DNA of 64,000 nt from the NCBI GenBank assembly GCA_951406725.2, contig OX597823.1:55986001-56050000 (forward strand), given 5' to 3'. Source of the stretch: Octopus vulgaris. Taxonomy: Eukaryota. Shown here in pieces: positions 25,021-37,800 of this stretch (within the stretch, counting starts at the first letter, position 1; each line of letters starts with the position of its first letter). Made by a program: the position numbers and the translations under genes. The notes below the pieces were generated by a model. The model ran no database searches, had not been told where the DNA came from, and saw only the letters and a list, made by a program, of their open reading frames with translations.

Positions 25021-26570
25021 TCATTTGTTAACAATGCAGTTAGCAAATAGTTTGGCCTCAGGGTAGTGGTGTGTTGCTTGATAATGGTGTAGCCGTTGTG
25101 TTGTTTGACGACAGTCTAGTGTGTTGTGTACGGTGACAGATTGTTTAATGTGTTCTTTGGAAAGTGTAACTGCGTATTGTTTTGGTAATAGTATTATTAG
25201 TAAGTTCTTCGATGACAGAGTAGTGCATGTGTCATTTGGTCTCAGTGCAATTATATCTCAGTGCATCGTTTGGTAACAACGATCGTTGGTATGTTGTCAA
25301 GTGACAGAGGAGATGCAACGTTTCGTGACAATAGAGTTGAAATATTTTCGTCATGTCGTTGAATGTTGCTTCGTGACAGATTAATTCAAGTGTTTTTTAT
25401 CGAATTATACTAGTGTACTATTCTTTGTGCGAATGTGGGTATATTGTTTCGTAACTGTTTTGTTGTTGGCATGTTCGTTAGTCACTATTTGACTCTCAGT
25501 GTGTTGCTTACTGACTGTTTAGTAGCTATATTGTCTGCTTTAATGTTTACTGAATATATAGTTTCGGTGAAGACAGTGATTTGTGCGTTGCTTGGTGATA
25601 ATGTAGCTAGCGTATCGTTGGGTCACAATATAGATTGTACACTGTTTGATTATAATGCACTTGCGCTATTATTGGTTGTGTTTTTCGCGTGCTGGTTGGT
25701 GACAGTGTTGTTCATTTGATATTTGGCCACATGTTAAGTGAAGCTGGAATGATACTTGATAAAGATGTACTGGTATGTTTGATTGCTCGGTCATAGTGGT
25801 GCGTTGACTGGTCACAACGTACTTGGCTATGCTAGAGTGACAATACAGTTGTGTTAGACGAGTTGTTTGATCACAATAGTTGTTGACAGTGTGATGTCGC
25901 TTAAGTAGTTGTGTTGTATTTAGTTGGGTCACAGTATATAGTTTTGCCTCATAAACTCACAGCGTAGATGCATGTTGTGAAGTGACGTAATAATGTTGTT
26001 CTGTTTGCTTGCAGTGTAACTGTGTATTGCATGGTCACGGCGTAGTTTGTGATTTGAGAATGTCACTGTATAGTCTGACGACAATGCAGTTGTATATATT
26101 TTGAGAGAATGTAGTCACGTGTTGTTTTGTTACAGTGCAGTTGATATGCTATTTTTTTGACAATGCTGCGTCGATAACTTTCGTGTAGTTTGTATGTTAT
26201 TTACGGACAGATTAATTAGTACGATCAGTATGTAGTTGGGCTTTTCCTTTTCTTAACTGGGTAGTTGGTATATATTGTTTGCTGATAGTGTAATCGTAAA
26301 ATGATCACAATGCTATACTTTGATGTTTGTTGGTGGTATAGTCGGCATATTGTTTGGTAACACCTCTGTTGTTTGCTCAGTGTCGTTATGTGTGATTTGG
26401 TCACGGTGTAGTTCACATGTAGCTTGGTTACAATGTAGTTTTATGTTTACTCTTAACAGTATGATTAGTATATCGATTGAAAACACTATAGTTGGTATGC
26501 TGTTTGGTGTACTTTGGGTTGTGTTCGATAATATAATTTGTATGCTGCTTGGTGACTACGAACTAGGAAG
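25020..26570. repeat. Highly degenerate ~27-bp tandem array, G/T-skewed
   Basis: Recurrent approximate unit TATGTTGTTTGGTGACAGTGTAGTTGG, spaced roughly 24-28 bp apart. Confidence 0.65.
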
Positions 26571-26830
26571 TAACAAACCCTAGGAAGAGCTCAACAGCAT
26601 AAGGTCTTCAGAGAAGACGTCTCGACCCCACTTCACAACTTATTAAAGAGTTTCGGCCTTTAACTTCTTACATTCTAAGGAGGCCGAGCCATATCTTAGT
26701 CATAGCTCTTGATACTCCTCTGCTGTCACATTTTGTATCAGTGTTTGAGTTTTAACCTGAAACTTTCTGGGTGGGTATCCCATAGACAAGAAACCATTAT
26801 ATTTTATCACCACATCGGTCTGAGAATCTA

Positions 26831-26862
<32 letters not shown>

Positions 26863-26959
26863 CATACATACATACATACATACATACATACACACATACA
26901 CACATACACACACACATACATGCATACATACATGTGTGTGTGTGTGTTGCTATGTCCTG

Positions 26960-27016
<57 letters not shown>

Positions 27017-27039
27017 TATTATTTTTGTATTTTGTATCA

Positions 27040-27325
27040 ATATTTGTGTAACATCGTCTGTTTTTCCGTCCTTGTTTTCGTATACATTCGATGCTTTCTT
27101 CCAAGGAATCTAATGCTCTTAGCTTAGGTTTCCCTGGGGGCTGGCCAGATTGGAGCAATCCCAAAATTAATCAGCCGAAATTGCGAGGATGGTCCGGTTC
27201 TTGACTGAGGATAGAAAGCTTCGAATGACCCGTCCTTGTTTCTTTGTATCGTCTATCTGGATGTTTTGTTGTCCCTTTTTGCATCACCTAGTTGTCCGGA
27301 TGTTTTGCGTTCTTGTCCCATTTTG

Positions 27326-27330
<5 letters not shown>
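27040..27330 (+). mobile_element. Interspersed repeat, possibly PLE-derived; second copy at ~63800-64000 (-)
   Basis: GGCTGGCCAGATT...AATTAATCAGCCGAAATT...GTTCTTGACTGA.GATA...CTTCGAATGACCCGTCC...GTATCGTCTATCTGGATGTTTTGTTGTCC shared by both copies. Confidence 0.75.
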
Positions 27331-27359
<29 letters not shown>

Positions 27360-27363
27360 GCAC

Positions 27364-27394
<31 letters not shown>

Positions 27395-27575
27395 TGTATG
27401 TATGTATGTATGTGTGTATGTATACACGCACACAGACACACTAATCCAAACTCTTTAATCCTGATAGTGATAGACCATATACTATTAAAAAGAGGTTTGG
27501 TGATATCGCATAACTGCTGTGAATGCTGTAAATTAAAAATACCTATTATAGCCTGTTATTGGTCAACCCTCTAAC

Positions 27576-27835
27576 TAGTAGTTCTCGACCGGGGTCCATA
27601 TGATCCTTGGAGTCCATTTAGCACCTGGGGTTCTGTATAAGATTATTTTTGTTAAAATTTATGTACAATAAATTGTTAATACTTCTACAATACACAGACT
27701 ATTTTAACAATTTGTTATTACGATTGCTAATAATATTTAATTATAAAAATATAATAGGAATTTTTAAACATCAAATGGTTATGAGAGGCCATCCCAGTAA
27801 AATGGGAATCAAAGGAGAATGGTTGAGAACCACTG
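27576..27835. mobile_element. hAT-type MITE
   Basis: TIRs TAGTAGTTCTCGACC / GGTTGAGAACCACTG; similar flanks CTCTAAC / CTCTAAAC. Confidence 0.7.
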
Positions 27836-28359
27836 CTCTAAACCTTTGTTACAACATATTAGTTAGCTCCTCTATGAAGTAATCTATAACAAATGTGTAT
27901 AAAAGATCTAAATAGGCAGCATGATAGTAGTCATGCCCCATTGTAACGCAAGTATGAAAAAACCCTCTATTATGAGTATTCACACTTCAATCCGTCTTGG
28001 TTTTGACTTCAGTACGTCATTTCTCAAAGATATTCTTTAGTCACTCTAAGAAATTTTGTGCTTTCTTATTCGTTTCGATACCTGTAGTGAAGTCATTGAT
28101 AAAGTTGTTGTGGTGTACAGAAGTTTAATTGCATTTCCATTTTTCATTCATTGTGAAGAATTTCTCTACATTTCTTAAAATCCTTTTCCATAACTATTGC
28201 AAAGTCCGGTGACGAAAATATATCTCACGGAGACATCTGGTCCCGAAGTATGCCAGTTAATAGTAAATTTTTCAGCAAATTTGTTCGCATTACAATCTCA
28301 ACTCTTTACTTGTCCAAAGCATTTTCATAAGCTTGTCCTATACATTCATGCTTGCTTTC

Positions 28360-28745
28360 AGTGGAGGCGCAATGGCCCAGTGGTTAGGGCAGCGGACTCG
28401 CGGTCGTAGGATCGCGGTTTCGATTCCCCGACCGGTCGTTGTGAGTGTTTATTGAGCGAAAACACCTAAAGCTCCGCGATTCTTCGGCAGGGGGGGGGGA
28501 CGAACCCTGCTGTATTCTTTCATCACAACTTTCTCTCACTCTATCTTCCTGTTTCTGTTGTACCTGTATTTCAAAGGGGCTATCTTTGTCACACTCTGTG
28601 TCATGCTGAATCTCCCCCGAGAACTATGTTAAGGGTACACGTGTCTGCTGAGTGCTCGGCCACTTGCACGTTAATTTCACGAGCAGGCTGTTCCGTTAAT
28701 TGGATCACCTGAAACCCTCGTCGTCGCAACCGACGGAGTGCCAAC
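28360..28745 (+). mobile_element. SINE family C
   Basis: GTGGAGGCGCAATGGCCCAGTGGTTAGGGCAGCGGACTCGCGGTCG...GGTTTCGATTCCC head, then the conserved SINE body. Confidence 0.85.
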
Positions 28746-29419
28746 ATTACATTAAATGCTTGTTTTCGGACTTTTAGTTGATTCTTGTGTCATATGTTTT
28801 GGGTAATATAAAGCTTTCCTTTCATAAGTTCCAAGTTGCTCTAGTTGTTGAAAATAATTAGAAATGTGTATCATTTATGATCCATAGACGCCAATCACAT
28901 GTGATATACAGAACAGGTAAACGGTTAAGTAGAAAAGTTTACTAAAGGTAGAAAAAAGATTAGATACGCTTCGCTACATCTCATTTGCTACCCTACCTAT
29001 TTGATGAAAACTTCTATTGTTCAGTAGAGGATAGAGGAAATAAGATATAACAAGGTGTCATATGTTGTGAGTTGATATTCTTTTGGGAATATCAAGCGCA
29101 GAAGAGTTTTATTAATCAATACATTGATCAATTTTCTTACTTCTGAGATTGTATGAAATCTAATTAGTGTACACATGAGGGCATATTGGGATCCTGAGGA
29201 GAATTGTGTTGATTGGGCCTTTCCCTGCTTTTCCCAGGTGAGTTCCTGCCAAACGTTTTGTCTATATATTTTATGTATGATGCTACCCCATCAAAAACTC
29301 GCAAATATTTTGATAAATACCAGTTCCTTGCAAACATAGATGAATATACACACAAACACACATACAACCATAATGCAAACATACGAGTATACATATATAC
29401 GCATATACGCACATATGCG

Positions 29420-29538
29420 TATAGGTAGGTGGGTATGTAGGTATGTATGTATGTATGTATGTATGTAGGTAGGTAGTTAGGTAGGTAGGTAGGTAGGTAG
29501 GTAGGTAGGTAGGTAGGAAGACAGATATATATATAGAG

Positions 29539-29602
<64 letters not shown>

Positions 29603-29880
29603 TCACCTATATGTATATGTGTTTGTGTGCATATGCGTATGTGTGTATATGTGTATACGCATCAACATATGTATGTGCTTAAATGCATAGTTGTGTGTGT
29701 GTTTGCGTGTGCGTGCGTGTGTGTGTGTGTTTGTGTGTTTGTGTGTGTGTGTGTGTGATGTTTAATTAATGTAGCCTAAGTTTTGATAAATTAGAACAAT
29801 GGTTGGAGGGATTCCAGCCATGGTGGTGGTGGTGGTGGTGGTGGTGGTAGTCGTCGTCGTCACCGTCGTTGTGGTGATAG
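29420..29880. repeat. Compound microsatellites (TATG, TAGG, TAGA, TG, GGT)
   Basis: Directly visible. Confidence 0.95.
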
Positions 29881-30094
29881 TATGGCGGTGTCTGCGAGGC
29901 TTTGCTTCACTTTGTTCCATGTATTATATACATATCAGAAAAACAGTTTAAAGAAAAAAATGTGTTCCTTATTGAAGAACCAGGATCAAATGTGGCAGTG
30001 GTGGGAGGGGAGAGGTTAAAAACTACAAGTACATTACTGGTATTTAGTTTATTCACTACTTTGGAAGAGCTAACAGCTTTATTCTTTTGTTCTT

Positions 30095-30385
30095 TTATGC
30101 TTTTACTCATTTCATTCGTTTGACTGCGGCTATGCTGGAGCACCGCCTTAAAAGGTTTTAGTCGAAGAAATCGACCCCAGGACTTATTCTTTGCAAGCCT
30201 AGTACTTATTCTATCGGTCTCTTTTGCTGAACAGCTAATTTACGAGAACGTAAACACACCAACATCGGTTGTCAAGTGATCGTGGGGGGACAAACACAGA
30301 CACAAACACACGTTAATTTCACGAGCAAGCTGTTCCGTTGATCAGATGAACTCGAACCTCCGTCGTCGTAACTCACGGAGCTGCC
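30095..30385. mobile_element. SINE B 3' part fused to a SINE C 3' part
   Basis: Family-B block up to CACAAACACACG, followed by GTTAATTTCACGAGCAAGCTGTTCCG of family C. Confidence 0.7.
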
Positions 30386-31992
30386 AGTTAATGCTCAGAA
30401 CTGACTGACGGATAAAGAACAAGAAAAGTAGAGCCAACAGCAATAGAATTTACAAATATGGTGTTATAGCAAATACAACTACAACAATAAGTCGACGAGT
30501 TAATCTCCAGCAAACCAACGAGTGTGCCTCGAGACCAAACTGCGGCCCGTGAGACCTTCTGAATGGCACCTTTAACGAAAAATTGCTTTGGCTTTTTTTT
30601 TTAGTAGTGCGGCCCACCTGGTGATGAGTAATGTCACATGTGACCCGCTCTGCAACAAAAGTTATTCGTGCATTCTTTACGCGGTCGTTCGATCTACAAA
30701 AGTAGCAATAAAATTAGTTTCAAATGACAACTTCTTGTATTTAAAAAAGAAGATTAAATTCGACAATTCTGTCTCTGATCTATAGAATGACGGGAAGGTC
30801 ACGGCTAGAAGTTCTTTGTTCACAAGTTTACTCGATCAGGAATGATTTTTCAGTTAAACAACAGCAAGTCTACACCACTACCACTACAATAAATAGCAAT
30901 CGAATATCCTTCAAATCCCACCCAGCAGCCTTAGAATGCTTCAGTTCCCTGTTATTATTAACTCAATTCAAAGCTCGGATGGGACACACAAAGGAATACT
31001 GCTTTCACATCGGAGATCACTATCAAAGATTTCCACCCGATTTAATTACGTAAAATAGTTATCATGTTCCAATCTCTGACCCGCAGACGTGCTGTTGCTT
31101 TTTCTACCCAACTCACTACTTATGTTATTACCTCTGCACCTCAAGGTCGGTTAACTGATATAGTAATCTAGTGCTACCTTCACTTAAGCTAACCTCATTC
31201 ACTGCTACTGTTTCCCATGCTGGGTCACAGTCCGGGATCGGTGCTAAACACTATGTTTAGTTCTTCTCTGGAAACCGTCGGTTCTTTTGAAATTCCATCC
31301 GTGTTCAAGTTTTTCCTACAGCCATCGACCGACTAACAAATAAAGAAAATTAACAACAGTGATCTCACTGGTTTGAGAGGGGCCTAGAAATCTCTTAAAA
31401 TATATAGTTACGACTATATAGTATTTGATAACTATTTTGCAATATTAGAGTTGATATGGAAATAAAATCAACAACTAATGTGTTAAGATTTTATGCTCTC
31501 TGGAGCCCTATCTTAAAAATATCAGTTCGATGTTTAAATAATATTAGCTGTTAAATATCTTTACATACACATATACATACATGTTTACGTGTGCACACAT
31601 GTGCGTATCTAAATATAACCACATTAGCATACACGTTTATACAGGTAATTTTCAGTAGCACAAGCGACCCAGTGAGCGAGCCACTAAGTAGTTGTTTGAC
31701 CTGATCGAAGCAGCAGCTGACTTTCAACAGTACATCCCACCGTCTTAAAAAAATGGTAGGGTACAGTGGACAATGTTGTCCCAGATCCTCCTAAAAAGAA
31801 AGAATTGATCATAGGTCTACTCGATCAAGAACGACCTCGAGTTAAACATTAACAATAATATTGATACAAGTCTACAAAATTTGTAGAGAAAGACAATAAC
31901 TGTTTAAATCGGGCCTCAGTATTTGGTAGAGCTTCGGATGAGAGAGAGAGAATAAATAGTATATTCGATTTAAGCGATAATTATTTATATAT

Positions 31993-32326
31993 TGTGAAGT
32001 ATACTAGCCATCTCAATATGGCTAACCACTAAGGGTGGGTGTTACTGTAGCTTGTAGCCCCAGGAGAACATCGTCTCCAGCTGGCTTTAGGCACACTTTC
32101 TGTGCCCTTATGGTATTTGCAAAGTGGGGTCATCCTTCCCTCGTCAACCTAAGTGATACGCACGGATTGCTGTTTCTAGGTGCGTATGACCTCCCTTTGT
32201 AAATACCATAAGGGCACAGAAAGTGTGCCTAAAGTCAGCTGGAGACGATGTTCTCCTGGGGCTACAAGCTACAGTAACACCCACCCTTTGTGGTTAGCCA
32301 TATTGAGATGGCAAGTATACCTCACA
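31993..32326. repeat. Fold-back element, ~140-bp inverted arms with ~55-bp spacer
   Basis: Arms are near-perfect reverse complements; homologous to 19660-19830. Confidence 0.9.
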
Positions 32327-34002
32327 TTGTCGTGCAGTTACTGCTTATACCTCGTTCAGAGATTTATTATTATTTATATATTCATTTCTGACATTGGCAC
32401 AAATCTACAAATTTTATAGAAAAGAAATTCACGATATACAATTGTTTGCAACAACTACAGTGCGTCTGGTACTTATTGATCCATGAACTTTATGGGCCTT
32501 ACTTTTTATTTGCTAGATTTGGAGGAAGGTGCCGTACTTGTGACTTCTGAAGGCCCTTGAAGATCAGTGAGCCTGATGCTTTTAATGATCCATTTAATGT
32601 GTTGCTAGTCAAAATCTACGGGGATAACATGAACAGGAAGAGATTTCTAGACAGGTGATATTCCGGGGAGGGATGCAGAGCAAAAGTCAGTGCAGGGCTT
32701 GGTAGATGAACACAAAGTCAGTGGTAAGAATGGAAGAGATGGCTGAATCGGAAGTACCTGAATGGTGATGGACTGAAACCTAAGAAGTCGATGTCATTAT
32801 AGCAACGATAGAAAAAAGGCTGAGGAAACAGACAGGAGATCTGTGGGTCGAGGAGTGGAGCGTGACTGAGAGTTGTTTAATATTATAAGTCAAGTGACCT
32901 TTCTTTCTCTAGATGTGGTCAGTAATAGCATCGTTCAGTATTAAGGAGCAATATCCAAACGTGGGCCTGACCTGCAAATTTTTGAGAGGCACAGAAGAAA
33001 TGGGTCAACCTAGAAAGTCAATAGATAGATTCATTTGCGTAACAGTTGTTAATATGTTGTTTGTTTACCCTGGCACACCGTTTTTAATAAAAAAAAATGT
33101 TTGCAGAGTCTTTTAATTAGCCACTAGTTAACATTTTAACGATTTTATGAACCCTACAATCTTAGTTAAATTTGATCTGAATGGTTGATGTTCATATATT
33201 GATCGCTTAAATGACACAAGGGCACACATTTTGTAGTAAAAACATATACAGTCGTTTGAATAGCTCCTATAGACTAGTACTTACTAATTTACTGTCATCA
33301 TGGATCACGAAAGAATAAAATACAAATTCCGTCTGTGCAGCAGTTTTTCATATATTAAAAGTTTCAAAACTTACCCACCATCGTTGCAATAAAACAGGAA
33401 CAAGATTTTATACAACACAAGCACAAAAATACGTTGAAGACGTTTTAAAATGTTAGAGACGCTTGTGATTGTCTTTTATCTCGTTTCGCTTATTTTGTGT
33501 TCATAGGTGTTGTTTTCTGTTTTTTTCGTCGAACACAAAGAGAACGTTTTAGGAACATGTGACTAAAAAGAGAACGTCAATGGCGAACTGTGGTTTTTAT
33601 TAATACCATTCCTAAGGCAGCGACTGGCAGAATCGTTAGCACGCCAAGCAAATCGCCAGAATCGTTAGCACGCCAAGCAAATCGCCAGAAAGGATTATTA
33701 CTTGTATACAACATTTTATTATTTACGTTCATCGTTTTGGGATACCTGCGGAATTTGAACACAGAACGTAGCAGCAGACAAAATACCACTAAGCATTTCG
33801 CCCGGCGTGCTAACGTTTCTGCCAGCTCGCAGCCTTACTCAGGTCACTGCTGTTTCTAAACACCTCAGATATAGTTACAACCACAACAACAACAATGACA
33901 ATCGGAGATAGAGCTACAATAACAATAACAAACATCTGAGAAGATGGTCCCGTAAGATAAAAACAAAGGGTGTTGCTTTTCTGCCGATTGTATTTATATT
34001 AA

Positions 34003-34385
34003 GGTGGCGAGCTGGCAGAATTCTTAGCGGTGTTTCGTCCGTCTTTACGTTCTGAGTTCAAATAACTCCGAGATCGACTTTACCTTTTATCTTTTCGGGA
34101 TCGATAAGATAAGTACCAGTTAATCCCTGGGATCGGTGTAATCAACTACTAGCCCTCTTCAAAAGAAGTTTAGGCCTCTGTAGTACAGAGGATTATTATT
34201 GTTGCTGTTGTTTTCACTCAGGTCAACCCTGAACGTGGAGGTACATGGCCTAGTGGTTAGAGCAGCGGACCCGCGGTCGAGGGATCGCGGGTTCGGATCT
34301 CAGACCAGGCGAGGTATGTGTTTATGAGCGAAACACCTAAGCTCCACGCGGTTCCGGCAGAAGGTAATGGCGAACTTCTGCTGAC
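34003..34385 (+). mobile_element. SINE A (34003-34190) and SINE C head (34235-34385)
   Basis: GGTGGCGAGCTGGCAGAA head; GTGGAGGTACATGGCCTAGTGGTTAGAGCAGCGG head. Confidence 0.8.
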
Positions 34386-34789
34386 ACCTTTTATTAAAAA
34401 ATCATTCTAACAATGACCATCTCATCTTATTTTGAGTCACAATATACCTAGGGCTACATTATCTAACTTGTACTTCTCTTTTGTTTAGATAATAATGTGC
34501 AATATGAGTGATATTTCACTGCTATTTCTAACAGATCGTGCGACTGTATAGAAGTTTTCTCTTGGTTCTTCTTCGTTTAGCATATGTAGACACATTTTGG
34601 AAACCTGAAGTATCAACCGTTTCAACAAGGAAATTTCTTTGGATGATGAGAGCATTTGTTTCTTATATTTTGTTTTCTTTTAATAGAAAACCGGAAATTT
34701 AACATGTACACCATATTATATGACGATTTCCAAAGTATACTGTACCCAGATTTGTCGTGACTGTGCGGTAAAGAGTTTGGTCCCCAACA

Positions 34790-34917
34790 ACATGGCTGGA
34801 TATGTGTTTTCTATTATACCCTAGGGCCGACTTTTGAAGACTTATGAATGGATTGGGTACGGAAAATGAAAGATTCCCGTCGTGCGTGTGTGCGTGCGTG
34901 TGTGCGTGCGTGCGTGC

Positions 34918-34954
<37 letters not shown>

Positions 34955-35165
34955 TGTATCTGTTCTTGTGCCCCACCAACGCTTGACAACTGGTGCTGGT
35001 GTACTTATATCCCCTTAATCTAACGGTTGAGCAAAAGAGACTAATAGAAAAAGTACCAGGGTTAAAAAATAAGTCCTGGGGTCGATTCGATCGACTAAAG
35101 TTCTTCAAAGCGATGCCCCAACATGGCCACAGTCTAATGACTGAAACGAGTAATGGATAAAAAGT
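34790..35165 (+). mobile_element. SINE family B
   Basis: Body plus (GT)n and a GTCTAATGACTGAAAC 3' end. Confidence 0.75.
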
Positions 35166-35829
35166 AAATAAGTTGCATTCGTAGTCTGTCGTTGTTGCAG
35201 TTGATTCACCCAATTCATTTCCAGAATTCCAATTCCCCGCCTTAGATCCTAAACTAACAACTCAAACCAATTATTTCTCGATTCTTGCAGAACGTCATTT
35301 CTTTAGAACTTCCCCCTCCCTGCCAATTTTGTTTCCTACAGCCATCTTCTTCTATCTTCACAATAAGAACATTAACCACCGGTCTCAATGGTCTTTGGAG
35401 GGTCTGCGAAAGTCATGGCCACAGCCGTTCCTCCGAAGCCAAACCATTATGAAAAACAAAAGAAAAACAATATTACTGTACAGGAGAGACTAGGGTGGAA
35501 GGCAGTTCCAAGGTTTCCCAAGAACCAACAAAATCAAAATCAAGTTAAAATACTGTATTTAGTTTTTTTGTTTTGTTTTTTTTGTATGGTTCGGTTTAAG
35601 TTGGTTTACATTTCTCATTTTCAAAATCTCATATTTATTCTATTATTTAAAAATGAAAAATAACTGTAAAAAGTAAAACACTGCAAACAAAGAATCTGGT
35701 TTCGGCGATAAATTATCACCATGGCTTCTCCTCCTCCTCCTACTACTACTACTAATACTTCTACTAAAGTACTGAAATGCATTTTGTCCACCGCTTTCAC
35801 AGTGCTGCCAGTCTACACACCCCTTATAA

Positions 35830-36468
35830 TTGTTTCTAATTAAGACACAAGGCCAACAGTTTTGGAATAAGTGGGGTTAATCGATTACATCGACTCGAGT
35901 ACTTGACTGGTACTTTATTTCATCGAGCTCTAACAGAATGAAAAGTTAGCCTCTGAAAAGTTGGTCTCTGAAACAAATGTCGCAGATCATTTTCTTCGAC
36001 ACTATAACGACTCTGCCCTTTTAATGATATTTTAATATTTTGACACACGATCAAGAATTTTAGTGGGGAGGTTAAATCGTTTACATCAGCTGGTACTTAT
36101 TTTATCAACCCAGAAAGGAAGAAAGGCAAAGTCGATCTAGGTAGATTTTTAAACTCAGAACATAAAGAATCGAAATGACTGCCGCTCAGCATTTTCTCTC
36201 CAAAGTGCTGATGATTCTGCTAGTTCACCGACTCTCACAGTCCTTTAATAATACCTTCTACTATAGGCAGGAAGCCTAGAATTTTGCGGAAGAAGGACTA
36301 GTCAATTACACCGACCGCAATGTTTGGCTGTTACTTATTTTGTCGACACTAAAAGGATGAAATTCAAAGTCGACCTCAACGGAATTTGAACCCAGAACGC
36401 AAAGCTGGAAGATATGCTGCTTTGCATTTTGTGTGGTGCGTTAACGATTCTAACAGCTCGCCGCCTTA
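35830..36468 (-). mobile_element. Three old SINE family A copies in tandem
   Basis: Repeated GATTACA.CGAC...TACTTATTTT.TC...GATGAAA..CAAAGTCGA blocks. Confidence 0.7.
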
Positions 36469-37324
36469 ATTATCTATTTAATAATAAAATAGTATAAAAT
36501 TAGTATAAAACCATCTGGGACACGGATCTACTTGTCAGTCTGCTGACTGACAAGGGGATCGAAGTAAATCATCCAACTATAAATGCCAAAAACTACAATA
36601 GAAGTTTTTTTCAGACTAATAAACATCCGAATACCTTGTGACTTAAATATCACCCGAAAAAATAAACGAAGAAACTGTCAATACACAAGCACCTTGAAAC
36701 TGTACTAAACAGAGTGAAATATGAAAGTCAATACCGATACTAGAGAAATCGGAACACAAGCTATGATAGGAAGAAAAAGTCAAGAGTAAAAACTTTTTTA
36801 CACATCGTCTAAGAGTATCACTTTTCCAGAATATTCCCTATACGCAACACATGCGATATTATCATCATGACTCTTGCTTAAATTTTCTGGTTTTGTGAAA
36901 AATCAATATTGATTACCTGATACATACAGCTACATACATGTAATCATTAAAGCGTTGATATAGCATTCAATATTCTCAGTGTTATAATTTCAGTCTTTAT
37001 GGTCCGCCCAACTCATGACCTATATTTCAGTAAATGTACTTTGTACCTTTTATAATGTAAACTTATAGGTTTTCGAATTCTCCTGAAAAGGTCGTAGACT
37101 CACTGAAGATCACACTTAAGCCTACTTATTTCTGTTGAAGAAGTGATTTCTATCTGCGTTGTAGCATCAAGTTGTTACTGAACACGAAATCTTTATGTAT
37201 AGTCGCGGTCCTTTAATTCATAATGGGTTCTTGACTTCGTTTCACAAGTAATTTTTTCTGCCTTATCTTTCCTGAATTATATGCTTAGATTATGGATACC
37301 TCCATAAAAGCCCAGTATCTTATA

Positions 37325-37800
37325 TCTTTTACATGTTTCACTCATTAGACGGTGGTCATACTGGGACACCACCTTGAAAGATTTTACTCGAACGAATCAG
37401 CCCTAGGGCTTATTATATCTTAAGCTTACTACTTATAGTATCGGTCCCTTTTGCCTAACCACTAAGTTATGGGGACGTAAATACACCAACACCGGTTGTC
37501 AAGCGAAGGTGGGGGAACGAACACAGAGGCACACACATACATAAATAGATACATTAACATACATGCACAGGATTCTTTCAGTTTCCGTGCCTTAGCTTCG
37601 TTACTATGGCAACAGTCCGGATACTTATTGATCAGACCTTATATATATATATATATATATGCATATACGACGAGTTTCTTTTAGTTTCCGTCGACCAAAT
37701 CCACTCGTAAGGCTTTGGTCGGCCCGAGGCTATAGTAAAAGATGTCAAGGTGTCACTCAGTGGGACTGAACCTGGAATCACACTTACACAGCCACACCGG
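37325..37800 (-). mobile_element. SINE family B containing a ~50-bp mariner-TIR-like insert (37587-37640)
   Basis: The insert is the reverse complement of the terminal sequence at ~43728-43785. Confidence 0.65.

Noticed and set aside
25020-26570. Possible CRISPR-like array
   Set aside because: No conserved repeat alternating with unique spacers and no cas genes; units are contiguous and degenerate
27130-27230. Hammerhead-like fragments in the repeat shared with 63800-64000
   Set aside because: The CUGANGA and GAAA cores are not both intact with compatible stems
28360-28435. tRNA-like sequence with A and B boxes (also 34235, 22690-22757, 52320-52387)
   Set aside because: No proper acceptor stem, and each continues into a conserved SINE body; these are SINE heads, not tRNA genes
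32480-32960. Possible additional PLE relic on the minus strand (LDPQISCLFPQP)
   Set aside because: Too decayed to assign by eye
33627-33690. 29-bp tandem duplication CAGAATCGTTAGCACGCCAAGCAAATCGC
   Set aside because: Ordinary slippage duplication of a SINE A head
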